The notes: a model not told the origin generated them from the sequence alone. Shown: positions 1-13,526, numbered from the stretch's first letter. The stretch is 64,000 bases of DNA from Octopus vulgaris (GCA_951406725.2 OX597817.1:47740001-47804000), one strand, 5' to 3'. Made by a program: numbers and translations.

Positions 1-211
1 CACACCTACCCTACAATATCATTCAAAAAACAAACAATCACATCACTGAAGTCTTGAAACTGCAAAATAATGCATTATTATTTCAAAACTGTGTGAATAT
101 GTACACATTACATTTGACTGAGAAATCTGAATACCAAAGGGTTAAAATCTCCCAAAACATTTGTTGATTAATTGTAATTCTTCTTCTGAATATTCTTTTT
201 GGCTTTTCTAG

Positions 212-307
212 GATCTTCTAGAACGAACTCACTGCGTCAACTATCTTGGCCATGCACATTGGGAATCGAAAGCTTTGGCTGTCATCGGTTATATTTCTGA
301 TGTAAAA
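212..307 (+). CDS. KNTC1: KNTC1 exon (DLLERTHCVNYLGHAHWESKALAVIGYISDVK)
   Basis: ttctag acceptor, gttagt donor; HWExKA motif. Confidence 0.9.
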
Positions 308-644
308 GTTAGTACTGTTTACCTGTTCTGCTAGTTCTACCGGCTGTTGAACTATTTTGACTTTTATTGTCTTGTTATTATTGTGTAGAATCCACTATTT
401 GGTGTTTTTTCTCTTTTTCTTTGATGTCACCATTTTTAATGCCTCACTTAGCTTTACTTGAAAACCATTACCATATTTAATGGCACAAAAGATACTCAGG
501 CATATTGGATGCACTCAAGTTTCAGAAGTACATCATCATCATACTTTAGTGTCCAGCTTTCCTTGCTGGCATGGGTTGGGCAGTTTGACTCGTGGATAGC
601 AAGCCAGCGGCTGCACCGGGCTCCGATCTGATCTGGCGAAGTTT

Positions 645-1131
645 TGTAGCATGACACAAGAAACCAGCACCATTTTGTACTAGATCTTGCCGGCTGCCAT
701 TGCCAGGTCCGAGACAGAAGCAAGATCTCGCCTACAACCATGTTTGCCATGCGCGAGACCACAGCGAGGCTCTTGTGCGCAACATCTATTTAAGGAGGTG
801 TATTGAGCAACCCGTTCTCTTCTCTCACGTTGGCGTTCACGTTGAACAACACTGCAACGTAGCAGCTCACAGCGGATTCTTAACCCACTCTAACTTTACT
901 CGTTATCTCCAGAGGTAATGTACCTCTCATGAATGGAGCTAATGAACTACATGCTGACATACAGATGGTTTCTGGGAGCAAACCCCTTGAAATGAGAACC
1001 AAATAAACAACCATTGAATTACATCCACTTGTAAGCCTCTTCTTCTTTGAGTTCCAGAATCCCAAGACTACAAAAAATTATTGTAATGGGAGGAGATACT
1101 CCACAGGTATAAGAAACCTAGTCCCATTACA
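645..1131. mobile_element. Probable solo LTR inserted into a (GAT)n-tailed SINE
   Basis: TGTA...TACA termini, 4-bp target duplication GTTT (641-644 and 1132-1135); the SINE resumes on both sides. Confidence 0.65.
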
Positions 1132-1224
1132 GTTTCTATAACTGGATGCCCTTCCTAATGCCAACCACTCCAAGAATGTAGTGGGTGCTTTTTACGTGCC
1201 TTAGGAAAAACAGTTTTTAGTGCT

Positions 1225-1690
1225 TTAATCCTTTCATTACTAACCTGGCTGAAACCGGTTCTGGCTCTGATTACAAATGTGTTGTTTTCATAAGTTTTGA
1301 ATTAAAATCTTCCACCAAACCTTAGTCACAACTTATGTACCTAACACTAGCTTAATGATAACTAAGTTATTTTATTAAATTCTTTGTTATATTTAAAATT
1401 AATCGAAAGAAACACAGAACATCTCAAAATAAATACGCTAACAAAAGGGTTAAAATATATAATAGAGAAGCAATTCTTAACCCTTTCGATACCAACCCGG
1501 CTGAAACCACCTCTGACTCTGTGGTACAAATGTCTTGTTTTCATAAGTTTTGAATTAAAACTTTCCACCAAACCTTAGTTATCATTCAGTTAGTATTAGG
1601 AACATAAATTGTGACTAAGTTATTTTACTTATATTTAAAGTAATTGAAAGAAACAGAATCTCAAAATAAATACAGTAACAAAAGGGTTAA
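1225..1690 (+). mobile_element. Dimeric piggyBac-type MITE (family C)
   Basis: TTAA-CCCTTT...AAAGGG-TTAA type ends; two ~200-225 bp units joined by a conserved spacer. Confidence 0.8.
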
Positions 1691-1867
1691 AGCATGTAAT
1701 ATAAGCCCAATTTCACATATAGGATCCAGTTTTTTTCATTATTAAGACCTTGTTCTAGAAAAACAAAATTATGTCTCATATTCCATCAAAAATAATTAAC
1801 TGGGCATTTCAATACATTTTTATAAGAACTGCAGATGGCAGAATTAGTCAGACACTGTATTACTGTA

Positions 1868-2285
1868 TTTATTTCTTTATTACCCACAGGGGGCTAAACA
1901 TGGAGGGGACAAACAAGAACAGACAAAGGGATTAAGTTGATTACATCAGTCCCAGTGCTTAACTGGTACTTATTTAATCGACCCTGAAAGGATGAAAGGC
2001 AAAGTCGACCTTGGTGGAATTTGCCTCAACATAAAGGCAGACAAAATACTGCTAAGCCTTTCACCCAGCATGCTAACATTTTCCTACTATAGACACAAGC
2101 CCCAAAATTGGGTGGGGGAGTCAATTAGATCAACCTCAGTGCGCAACTGGTACTTAATTTATCGACCCCAAAAGGATGAAAGGCAAAGTTGACCTCAGCG
2201 GAATTTAAACTCGGAACATAAAGACAGATAAAATACCGCTAAACATTTTTCCCAGTATGCTAATGTTTCTGCTGGCTTGCCACCC
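1868..2285 (-). mobile_element. SINE copies with GCCTTTCATCCTTTCGGGGTCGATAAATTAAGTACCAG core (Meta-SINE-like; family M)
   Basis: Same core recurs at 2697-2930, 13855-14160, 45416-46240, 59608-60032, 60535-60750 and 63070-63260. Confidence 0.75.
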
Positions 2286-3236
2286 TCTGTATTGACCCTT
2301 TAGCATTTAAGCTGCCCATAGGCGGAGGCGTGGCTGTGTGGTAAGAAGCTTGCTTCCCAACCACATAGTTTCGGGTTCAGTCTCACTGTGTGGCACCTTC
2401 AACAGATGTCTTCTGCTACAGCCCCAAGCTTGTGAGTGGATTTGATAGATGGAAACTGAAAGAAGCCTGTCGTATAAATGCATATATCTATGTGTTTGTG
2501 TTTGTCCCCACCACCACCACTTGATAATCAGTGCTGGTTTGTCTACATCCCCATGAGTTAGCAGTTCAGCAAAAGGGGACCGGTAGAATAAGTAGCCGGC
2601 TGCATAAAATAAGTGCTGGGATCGATACATTCAACTCGAAATCCTTCATGGTGGTGCTCCAGCATGGCTTCTGTCTGGTGACTGAAATGAGGAAAAAGGC
2701 AGCGAGCTAGCAGAAACGTTAAGTGCACTGGGCGAAATGCTAATCGGTATTTCAGCTGCCGTAACGTTCTTAGTTCAAATTCCGCCGAGGTCGACTTTGC
2801 CTTTCATCCTTTCGGGGTCGATAAATTAAGTACCAGTTACGCACTGGGGTCAATGTAATCGACTTAATCCCTTTGTCTGTCCTTGTTTGTCCTCTCTTTG
2901 TTTAGCCCTTTGTGGGTAGTAAAGAAATATGAAAAGAGGAAAAAATAAAGGGTCAAAGATCAGCCCTAAATATTCTCCCTTTTTAATGTTCAAATTGGTC
3001 AGGTCTGGCCTCTCGTACCTACCCTACCTAAAGCATTACTCTAAAAATAAATAAGCATTACATTTGACAGAGAAATCTGAATGTTGAAAGGTTAAATGCC
3101 TTGAGGTCTTTCTTGAGTTGGGCTTAAACTACACTTAGGTTATACTCACTACTAGAAATAAACAACGTTGTGAAACAGTCATGCTAGACAAAAGTATTTA
3201 AAACAAATTTGTTTTTTTGTTTTCTTTTTCTTTTAG

Positions 3237-3340
3237 CTAAAGATTTCTGCTGTGCTGGAAGTCATTAAATGGGCACCAATTCCATGGTCTGATGGTATTC
3301 GCACACTAGTAGACAATACTACCAAACTAAGGCAACCAGA
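3237..3340 (+). CDS. KNTC1: KNTC1 exon (LKISAVLEVIKWAPIPWSDGIRTLVDNTTKLRQP)
   Basis: Polypyrimidine-tag acceptor, gtgagt donor; matches AVVPWS region. Confidence 0.92.
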
Positions 3341-3619
3341 GTGAGTTCTGCAACCCATTTTTCTATCTTTCAGTTTATTTATATATATATAGATATATAT
3401 AAGTTAATCCAAACATGAAAACACAGAGAGAACACAACAATGCGAGGACGTGGAACAAATATAGTATTATTGGATGCTCAGGAAGGGAAGAAAGAGGGTT
3501 TTATGTTTCGAGTGGAGCTCTTCGTCTGAAACATAGGAAAAGGAAAGATCCAGAGAAGGGAAGACGGAGGGGAAAAAATCGCGGTCACATTTTGAACATA
3601 TATATATATATATATATAT

Positions 3620-3957
3620 ACTTTTACTTGTTTTAGTCATTTGACTGCGGCCATGCTGGAGCACTGCCTTTAGTCGAGCAAATCGACCCCGAGACTTATT
3701 CTTTGTAAGCCTAGTACTTATTCTATCAGTCTCTTTTGCTGAACCACTAAGTTACAGGGACGTAAACACACCAACATCAGTTGTCAAGCGATGTTGGTGG
3801 GACAAACACGCACACACACACATATATATACAGTATATACGATGGGCTTCTTTCAGTTTCCGTCTACAAAATCCACTCACAAGGCTTTGGTCGGCCCAAG
3901 GTGCCACGCAGTGGGACTGAACCTAGAACAATGTGGTTGGTAAGCAAGCTACTTACC
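3620..3957 (-). mobile_element. tRNA-derived SINE family A (representative copy)
   Basis: tRNA-like head (GGCTGTGTGGTAAG...GGTTCAGTCCC), internal microsatellite, tail GACTGAAACAAGTAAAAGA; many copies, e.g. 2321-2697, 15950-16330, 17108-17950, 28297-28850, 35795-36370, 38411-38812, 61075-61455. Confidence 0.85.
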
Positions 3958-4835
3958 ATTATATTATCAATCATCGTCATCATCATACATCTTCCTTCCT
4001 TACTGGCATGGGTTGGATAGTTTGACAGAAGCCTGCACCATACTTCTGTGCCTGTTTTGGCACACTTTTTATGGCTTGATGCCCTTCCTAACACCAACCA
4101 ATTCACAAAGCGGGCTGAGTGCATTTTATGTGGCACTAGCACAGTCGAGATCAGTTTTGGCATGGATTTTACAGCCTGATGCCGTGGCACTGGCAGGGTC
4201 ACCAAGTAACTTTACAAGACAAGGAATCTTTGAGAGGAGAGGCAGCATTGGAGGAGGGGATCTTGTCAGATGATGAACTGTTAGTGTGACAGAGACTGAA
4301 ACAAGTGTCTTAAACATTTTCTATCCTAATGGTTAAGTTTCACTTACTGTGATGACTGCCTTTTTATCGTTCCGGTAACTAATTTGCTATGTAATTAATG
4401 TATTTTGTTAAATTACTATCACTCACCAGTTCCACCTGATCCCTTCCGCCATTTCTTCAAAATGGTAAGTAGCCATGTAGCTCCTTTACACTAAGAAACC
4501 TGTTCTGTTCCAGCCCTTTTCTCTCATACTTCACTCCTCTCTGCTACTTAATCTCCTAACATAAAGTTGATCCCTTCTCTCCCACCTGGGGTTTGTAATC
4601 TTGTCAGCTGCATGAGGTAATTGAGAGTACAAAGCTCTTCCTCACTACCACCTCCCTAGACAGACCTCCAACCTGCCACTGGATTAACCTACCCTTTTCT
4701 CTCCAGCTGGTACTTCTATCAGCCGGGTAGACTGGTGCAACATGAAATCTAGTGCCTTGTGCAAAGGTTCAATAGGTCATCTTGTCCTTGTAATCTGACA
4801 CCCTTGCTATTCTCTCTTATATAAATAGTATATAA

Positions 4836-5203
4836 CTAGCAGAATCGCCCGGCTTTGCTCGGGTTTGTTTCGACCCTTTAGAATTGGAATTTTTGAAAAG
4901 TAAAAATTTTGCATTATGTAGTTATTCTCTTTAAGTGAACATTTTTCTGGTTGAAATACACCAAAAAATGGCGACACAGCAGTCAAAAAATCGTAAAAAA
5001 ATAGGCACCTTTTTGATGTAAATAATTTTTGGTGTTAACATGGTCCGATTTGAATTTTTCTTCTACGGAAGGAAGAGCAAGCCTTCTTCTATCATACTTG
5101 CACTTTTGGTCAACTTGTGCTGCAGGGTCTCAGAGGAGATAGTGTTAGTTGAAGGCTACCAAACTGCCATACACAGACAACTTCAGCTTCATATATAGAG
5201 AGA
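4836..5203 (-). mobile_element. Non-autonomous Helitron-like element
   Basis: Minus strand: 5' TC, 3' hairpin CCCGAGCAAAGCCGGG then CTAG, between A and T; partial copy at ~11403-11578. Confidence 0.7.
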
Positions 5204-5494
5204 TTTATAGGAGCTGCAAGTGGCTGAGTCACTGAGGTATCAGACTACCAACGAAAGCATCAGTGGTTCATATCTCATTATTTACATTCTGCACTGTTCA
5301 TGGCCTCATCCCTTTACTTTCACTGACCCCATGTGCAACTAGCTGTGAAAAGATGTATCTGGCTCTGAAATTCTTCTTTCAGTAATCTTGTTATGTTTTC
5401 AGAATAAATTTCCTCCAAAATATCAAAATCATTCCAAACTTCTGCTGTAACTTCTCTAGGACCTCCTGTGACAGTTCTTTCTTTTCATATACAG

Positions 5495-5603
5495 AGTAGA
5501 GTCCATTAAAATACATGCCAAGCTTGTGGAGCTGAAGTTGCGTCTTGCAAGATATGATCTGAAAGGAATCGATGTTCCCACTCCAAACACAGAAGAAGCT
5601 CTG
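5495..5603 (+). CDS. KNTC1: KNTC1 exon (VESIKIHAKLVELKLRLARYDLKGIDVPTPNTEEAL)
   Basis: cag/gtaaat; phases fit both neighbours. Confidence 0.88.
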
Positions 5604-6591
5604 GTAAATTTTGTCTTTTCTCAAAAGTACTTTCTTTTTTTTCTGCTCCTCACCTCAAATGGTTGTTTTAAAGTGATATAAATATAGAGAGGGACCTGGA
5701 AAAGGTGATGTTATGGTAACCCCACCTGTAAACACTGTTTTGTAGTTGGTGTTGACTTGCTAAACCAAGTGTTATAAAAATATCTTATTTGAAAAAAAGA
5801 AACCTTGTAAGGTTTGGCAACAGTAGGTGCATCTTGCAATGCAGTACTGCCAAAAGTCTTTGCATGTCCAAAGCATAATCATCATTTAACGTCCGCTTTC
5901 CATGCTAGCATGGGTTGGACGATTTGAGTGAGGGCTGGCGAGCCAAATGGCTGCGCCAGGCTCCAATCTTGATCTGGCAGTTTCTACAGCTGGATGCCCT
6001 TCCTAAAGCCAATCACTCCGAGAGTGTAGTGGGTGCACGAGGGCCAGTCAGGCGGTACTGGCAACAGCCATGCTCAAATGGTGTTTTTTTATGTGCCACC
6101 TTGCACAGGAACCAGTCCAGCAGCACTGGCAACGGCCTCACTTGAATGTTTTTTCAAGTGCCAGTAAGGCGACGCTGGTAACAATCACGCTTGAATGGTG
6201 TTCTTAGCGCTCCACTAGCACGGATGCCAGTCATCGAATTTGATAAAGCATTTTTATCAATTTGTCCTTAATGCCCATGCTTGTTTTCTAACTTTTAATT
6301 AGCCTTTGTTTTATGTTCTGAATAGTGTAAAGCTTTCCTGCCATATGACCCCCAAGTCTTATGAAAATATTGAAAAGAAAAAATTGAGAATGTGTGTCGT
6401 ATAAGATGCATGGACATCAAGGAGATATATCCTGTGTATCACATGATACAGAGAATTATGTAAAGATTAATAACACTCATACAATCCATGCTAGCATTAA
6501 AAAAACAAATGTGAAAACAATGATGTAAATGGTTAAATCTTATCTTAGCTCTTTATTTTTAACCAGTTTTTATAATGTTCCATAATTCCAG

Positions 6592-6729
6592 CAATTCGCC
6601 AAATACATTCTCCGCAGAGATCTGCCTGAAAGTATGGATGATGCTCTACATATTTTGAAACCAGCTGACAACTGTATGAAAAGAGAGCTCTATGTTTTCC
6701 GCTTGAGACAGTATATGGTGAAAGATAAG
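6592..6729 (+). CDS. KNTC1: KNTC1 exon (QFAKYILRRDLPESMDDALHIL...QYMVKDK)
   Basis: ccag/gtaagg; resembles RYILKQDVPSSLEDAL. Confidence 0.92.
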
Positions 6730-7322
6730 GTAAGGATGGTCTTATTATCGACCACATTTGGTTTTGCTGTTGTTGTTTGCTTCCATTAATATTCTGTTAG
6801 GTGTGTAATGTCAAGTTGTATTAAACCCGGAGTAAAGGTGAGCTGGTAGAATCGTTGGCATTTCAGACTAAATTCTTTACAGTATTTCTCCTGGATCTTT
6901 ACACTCTGAGTTTATATTCTGCCAAGATCAACTTAGCCTTTCATGCCTTCAGGGTTGATGAAATAGAGTACCAGTCAAGTACTGGCGCTGATATAATGAA
7001 CTGGAACCCTGCAGTGGACTGACATCTTGTGGAGAAGGTATGTTGTGATTTCGGTCACTTATACACTGTGGAATCCAGGTAACTAGACTTATGTGTCCCG
7101 GGGCTCAAAGCTGGGCATAGAAGAAAGAGATGTGCTTAGGGAGGGTGACTGGGGTTTAATCCTTTAACACTTCAACTCTCTTTACTCTTTTCAGTCATTT
7201 GACTGTGGCCAGGACTTATTCTTTGTAAGCCTAGTACTTATTCTATCGGTCTCTTTTGCCGATCTGCTAAGTAAACACACCAGCATCGGTTGTCATGCGA
7301 TGTTGGGGGGAAAAACACATAA

Positions 7323-7357
<35 letters not shown>

Positions 7358-7523
7358 CACACACATGACAGGCTCTTCTGTTGATCAAATCAACTGGAAC
7401 CCTCATCATCATAACTGACGGAGTGCCAGAGAGCTCAGCCAATTATCACAGGTATCAGATGCAACAGTTTTGTGGCTGATTAATCACAGTTCTATATTTG
7501 TGTCTCGATTATTAACTTAATAT

Positions 7524-8160
7524 TGTTGTAGTAGTTTTAAAGGTGTATCAGAAGGTGTTGAGGTAGACAGAGGCGATAGGCATGTGGATGCCTTCAAAGT
7601 AAATAATTCAATGACATCGATTTACAGTTTAAATAATTTATTTACTGTACTTGCATTATTTGTTGGTGTTCACAATTCTTCACTACATGTATTTGTTGTC
7701 AACTGCTACAAGTTGAGAGGAATAAAAACCGGGTACATCTGTGTAAGTAATGTGTTAGAACTGAAGATGTTCTGAGTCTGTGTGCGTGTCATTCGTCTGA
7801 GAAAGTAGGAGACTCTCATGTGTTGTCTCTTCGTCCGGAGCCTTTCTGTTTCTGCATCCCGAACTTTTCTCGCACTCTCTGTCTTCTGCATCCTAGGCCT
7901 TTGTCTGTCCCTCTGCTGACCACGGTATTTATAACAGCTGTGGCAGCTAGAAGGACAGATATACAGCAGGTCAGCTCCTGTCCATTTTAACTTCACCTGA
8001 CATGGCTGAGGTCATAGGTGAAAGGGAAGTGATTTATCATGTCTTGACAGGACAAAGAAAATTCCTTTTGCACCTGTTGATTGTGGTGGTTCAGACGAGC
8101 AAGAATCCTTAGATTTGGTTTCGAATCTAAGCTTGGAGAAAAGAAGTATTAGTTTTTACA
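7524..8160. repeat. LTR-like dispersed repeat, copy 1 (copy 2 at ~14509-15151)
   Basis: Two diverged ~640-bp copies both ending TTTTTACA, with a TATA-like motif on the minus strand; no clean target duplication. Confidence 0.5.
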
Positions 8161-8224
8161 CTGTGTTCAAAACATGCTTACTTTAAAATATTTTCTTTTT
8201 TTTTTTCTTTTTAATGGTAATTAG

Positions 8225-8344
8225 TTGAAAGAATGCTTTGATCTGCTGAAGTCTCTGGAACCAGAATTGTCCAAATCTTGTGCTCAACGGCTCTTGGACT
8301 ACTGTATTATTGATTTGGATGAAGAACCGATTTTTGATGAGGCG
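8225..8344 (+). CDS. KNTC1: KNTC1 exon (LKECFDLLKSLEPELSKSCAQRLLDY...DEA)
   Basis: ttag/gtaagt; resembles EDCLLLLKSLPP. Confidence 0.92.
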
Positions 8345-8529
8345 GTAAGTAACCACCCATGGTTTTACCTTTCGTAGACATTTATCTTGCATTGACTTCA
8401 TACTAATTCTCTCTATTAACCTACTGTTTGTCTTTGTTTCTTTATCAGTCCGACATTTCGAGCAAACATTATTTGGTAGTTTGGCAGGTGGTGAATTAGC
8501 AGAATTGGTAGAATATCAGATGGAATGGC

Positions 8530-8986
8530 TTAACCCTTTAGCATTCAGATTACTCTGTCAAATATAATGCTTTTTCATTCACATCATTTTGAATTAATCC
8601 TCCATTATCTTGTAGCTCTGAGAATTTGATGATGTGATGGTAAAAGCACCATCCGTTCGTGGCCGTTCGCCAGCTCTGTCTGGCACCTGTGCAGGTGGCA
8701 CGTAAAAAACACCCACTACACTCGCGGAGTGGTTGGCGTTAGGAAGGGCATCCAGCCGTAGAAACACTGCCAGATCTGACTGGGCCTGACGAAGCCTTCC
8801 AGCTTCACAGACCCCAGTTGATCCGTCCAACCCATGCTAGCATGGAAAGCGGACGCTAAATGATGATGATGATGATGGTTTATTTTGAGGATGTCATTGT
8901 AGGATATGATTTGAGGGGCCAGATCTAGATGGTTTGAACATAAAAGAAGTAGAAAATTTGGGCCGGTTTAAATGCTAAAGGGTTAA
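8530..8986 (+). mobile_element. piggyBac-type MITE family D with nested SINE B
   Basis: TTAA-CCCTTTAGCATT...AATGCTAAAGGG-TTAA; other copies at 1-145, ~2293-3095, 10889-11397, 50665-51292. Confidence 0.8.
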
Positions 8987-9712
8987 AAGGTTTTGTTCTG
9001 CACACTGATTTGAAATCCATCTGAAGTCAACTTTTGCCTATTGCCTGTTTTGGAAGGGCAAAGCTGACTGGGCAATGAACTTCTTTTTTTTTTTTTTTTT
9101 GCGACGGTACTTTCTGACACTGGACTGGAGGCAACTTTGGCATATTTTCTGCAGATGGCTGTCCTTCCTAACAGACAACCATTTTACAGTCTGTACTGGA
9201 TGCTTTTTCTGTGTTACAGGCACTAATGAAGTGTCACCAAGTAAGTTGTAAGACAGAGAATGAAGGGTGAGGGAAAAGGTGGGGGAAAACACACCTTAAA
9301 TTGTGTGGCTTTGTGTCGGGTGTTAAATGGCTAAAATACAATAGTAGGACAAGCACAGATGCCTTGCTGTTGAAAAGATATATGGCTACCCCACATTATA
9401 TAAGGGTACATGAGAGAAGCTGGGAAGAAGATGTGGTAGTGTTGGGATGCTAGGGAAAGCTCTCAAGGTATGGTTTCAGTATTTAATTTCTTACAAAAAT
9501 CAGTGTCTTTCTCAATATCCATCGCCCCCACCCATCCTGTCGCATAGTACACCTTTGACGTTTGTCACCACTGCCAAAGGGAGCTACCATCCAGTTTAAG
9601 AACCACTTTGTTTCTGTTGTGTCATGACACTTATTATTTTTAATAACGTAATGAAGAAAATATTTGTTCAGTCAGCATGGAGTAATATTTTGCGTGAATT
9701 TTAAATTTGCAG

Positions 9713-9788
9713 AAGACAAACCAAAGCAAAAAATTGGCCATTGCAACTGGAAAATGTTTGATTGAATGCCTAAAACTGCTCACAACAG
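9713..9788 (+). CDS. KNTC1: KNTC1 exon (KTNQSKKLAIATGKCLIECLKLLTT)
   Basis: gcag/gtatgt; phases fit. Confidence 0.85.
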
Positions 9789-10596
9789 GTATGTAAATCT
9801 TCTCATCTCTCTTCTCCTCGCTGTTGAAAGGGACCTGAATTAAGTCTCTTTCTTCATTAATTAACATTTGTTTGATTTTAAAATTAACTATATCGCAGTG
9901 TTGGGTCACCATTGAATATTTTTTTTATACAGGCGCAAGTGTGACTGTGGTCAACAAGTTTGCTTCCCAACCAAGCTGAGCCCCACTTTAAGCAAGTGCC
10001 CTCTATTGTACCCCCTGGTTGACTAAAACCTTATGAGTGGATTTGGTTGACAGACTGAAAGAATCCTCTCTCTCTCTCTCTCTCTGTACATGTCTCCCTA
10101 CCTTGGCATCATGTTTGTTATAAATGAACATCATTCATTTCAATATTCAGCCGGTGGTATGTAAAAAACGTCATTCAAGTGTGGTCGATGCCAGTACTGC
10201 TTGACTGGCCCTCGTGCCAGTTGCATGTTAAAAGCACCCACTACACTCTTGGAGTTGTTGGCATTAGGAAGGGCATCCTGCTGTAGAAACTCTGCCAGAT
10301 CAGATTGGAGCCTGATGCAGCCTTCTGGCTTGTCAGTCCTCAGTCAAACAGTCCAACCCATGCCAGCATGGAAAGCGGATGTTAACGACAATGATGATGC
10401 AGAAATGTTTGGCCCTGGGGGGCATTACCACGTAATCTTGCTTGGAAACAAGTTAGGGTTGATGGCAGGAAGAGCATCCAGCCATTCAAAATGTGTCTCA
10501 GTAAACCCCGGCCAACCCATTCAAGCATGGAAAAGTACTCATGAAAACAATGATGATTTAGTGATTAAATTTCTTTTGTATTAATTCGATTTTCAG

Positions 10597-10661
10597 ATTT
10601 CCTTGAAACGGAGACTCTTGCTGAGCTTAAAAAAGATTTCGGGCATCTACAATCTCTGCAA
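10597..10661 (+). CDS. KNTC1: KNTC1 exon (FLETETLAELKKDFGHLQSLQ)
   Basis: tttcag/gtaaga; phases fit. Confidence 0.85.
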
Positions 10662-11773
10662 GTAAGATGTTTATCTATCACTATATTTTATTTCAACTAT
10701 TTTGTGAACTTGTCTTTTAATATAGGAATTGGTTTCTACTGTCACCTGTATTTTACACTAATTTCTAAGTTTGTCACCATGATTAAGTCACCTTCACAGT
10801 GTTTCCAATTGTTGGATCTCAGAGTCTTTGGTGATCATTCATCTGTACAATTAGACAAATTACATCTCAAAAATATGAAGTTGCTTCTTAAACCCTTTAG
10901 CCTTTAAGCCAGCCATTTCCAGGCCAAATATTCTTCCCTGTTTTTTGTTTGAATTAGCTAGGTCCAACCTCTCACACCTACCCTTCAATGTCATTATAAA
11001 AGTAAACAATCAAGGGTGCTGGTGCCATGGTAAGTAGGAAGCACTGGTACAGAGGCCACATAAAAAGCACTAGCGTGGGGTGCCATGTATGTAAAAAGCA
11101 CTGGTGCTAGTGCCGCATAAAGAGCACCCGGTATACTCCTGTCAAGTGGTTAGCATAAGGAAGGGCATCCAGCCATAGAAAACATGCCAAAACAAACGAT
11201 TGAGCCTGGTGCAGCCCCCAACCTTACCAGCTCCTGTCAAACTGTCCAACCCATTCCAGCATTGAAAATGGACATTAAACGATGATGATGATGACATCAT
11301 TGAACTTTCAAAGTTACAAAATAATTCTTGATGAATTGAAAACAATGCATATTAATAAGTATTACGTTTGGAAGAGTCATCTGAATGCTAAAGGGTGAAG
11401 CTAACATGGACCGATTTGAATTTTTCTTCTACGGAAGGAAGAGCAAGCCTTCTTCTATCATACTCTCAATTTTGGTCAACTTGCGCCGCAGGGTCTCAGA
11501 GGAGATAGTGTTAGTTGAAGCCTACCAAACCTGCCACACACAGACAACTTCAGCTTTATATATATATATAGATATAGATTAACTAATTTGTCAACCAGTC
11601 TGATTTATCCAACTGTGTTGGAAGCCCATTAGAGAGACTGCTATTCCTGTTGGGTTCCCTTTTTTTTTTTTTTCTTTCTATTTTTATTGCTTTATTCGTA
11701 GGATTTCTGCTGGTTTTTCTGTTTTGCAAGATGTCTTTCACCTGAACTTCCTTCTACTGCTTGTTATTTTCAG

Positions 11774-11881
11774 GTTGAGTTTCACTTGTATCCCTCCTTT
11801 CACAAATTTCAAAAGCCTCATTTCAGAGAGATGATATTGTGGGATTACATCAACACAACTCTACCAGAATTTAACATGGAA
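11774..11881 (+). CDS. KNTC1: KNTC1 exon (VEFHLYPSFHKFQKPHFREMILWDYINTTLPEFNME)
   Basis: tttcag/gtaagt; resembles ENFEVFLSF. Confidence 0.85.
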
Positions 11882-13050
11882 GTAAGTGCGTTTTTTTTTA
11901 AAATCATCATCATTATTATTATTATTATTATTAGTGAGTGAGAGTGCAGTGCATGCCATAAAAGTGACACAAGGGAACAAATATACAAAGTCCAGTATAC
12001 TCATCATGACTACTCGTCTGATTAGGGTACACCAGGCACATGCATCACAACCATATGTGCGTAACACCATCATCAACATTTAATGTCCGTTTTCCATGCT
12101 AGCATGGGTTGGATGGTTCGACCAGCGTCTGGGAAGCCAGGAGGCTGCACCAGGCTCCAGTCTGATCTGGCAGTGTTTCTACAGCTGGATGCCCTTCCTA
12201 ACGCCAACCACTCCGTGAGTGTAGTGGGTGCTTTTTAAGTGCCAGTGGAGGCTGGCAAAGACTACAATCGGATGGTACTTTTTACATGCCACCGGCACAG
12301 AAGCATGGTGATCTTATATCAAGATAAACAGTGCATGACCTTACAGATGGAGCCCACTTAGAATTTTCTTCAGGTCAAGTAGCCTATCCCACTCAAAAGA
12401 TTCCTGAATAAGGATTGTTTAAGGATGTTGAATGAAACACCCATGTTTCCAGTGGTGAATTATCCAAATCCCAAAGAATTCCTCTTAACACGTGACTATG
12501 ATGCTCCCCCACTACTTCTACTCGTGATCAGAGATGCACATATCATCAGCCACTAATAGACATGCTCAACTGGTTGAAGTCAAGCAAATCTGTGGTATTG
12601 AGCAGAATATTTGCTGTAGGCCATCTTTTATACCAAGACAAAACAATGTACATGATAACGCTCCCAATCAGTTAAGATCAGAAGCCATGAGAGCCACTGC
12701 CTAGTATTGCATCAGGGCATTTATTTTTATTATTATTAAGATGGCAAACTGGCAGAATCATTATCACACCAGGCACATTCTGAGTTCAAATTCCACCAAG
12801 GTCAACTTTACCTTTCATCCTTTCATGATTGGTAAAATAGGTACCAGTTATCCACTGGGGTCAATGTAATTGACTTTCCTACTCCCATCAAATTTAAAAC
12901 CACCATTATTATTGTCTGAGAGTGGTTGGTGTTAGGAAGGGCATCCAGCTATAGAAACCATTGCTAAATCAGACTGGAACCTTGTGCAGCTCCCCAGCTT
13001 ACCCGTTTTCAGTTGAACCATCCAACTCATACCAGCATGGAAAACAGACA

Positions 13051-13526
13051 TTAACCCTTTCGATACCAACCCAGCTGGAACCGGCTCTGGCTCTGAGTAC
13101 AAATGTCTTGTTTTCATAAATTTTGAATTAAAATCTTCCACCAAACCTTAGTCACAATTTATGTTCCTAACACTAGCTGAATGATAACTAAGTTATTTTA
13201 CTAAATTCTTTGTTTATATTTAAAGTAATTGAGAGAAACACAGAGCATCTCAAAATAAATATGGTAACAAAAGGGTTAAAATATATAATAGAGAAACAAT
13301 TCTTAACCCTTTCGATACCAACCTGGCTGAAACTGGCTCTGTAGTACAAATGTCTATCTTATCTTAAGATTTGAATTAAAATCTTCCATCAAACCTTAGT
13401 CACAGTTTATGTACCTAACACTAGCTGAATGATAACTAAGTTATTTTACTAAATTCTTTGTTATATTTAAAGTAATTGGGAGAAATACAGAGCATCTCAA
13501 AATAAATACAGTAACGAAAGGGTTAA
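13051..13526 (+). mobile_element. Dimeric piggyBac-type MITE (family C) inserted at the TTAA in a SINE B tail
   Basis: TTAA duplication; SINE tail GACATTAA continues after the element. Confidence 0.85.

Noticed and set aside
9710-9715. NAGNAG acceptors (CAGAAG here, CAGGAG at 60882-60887)
   Set aside because: Common by chance; no evidence of alternative use without transcripts.
11935-12720. Unclassified segment between (TTA)n tracts
   Set aside because: Probably a repeat, but single in this window with no diagnostic ends or coding signal.
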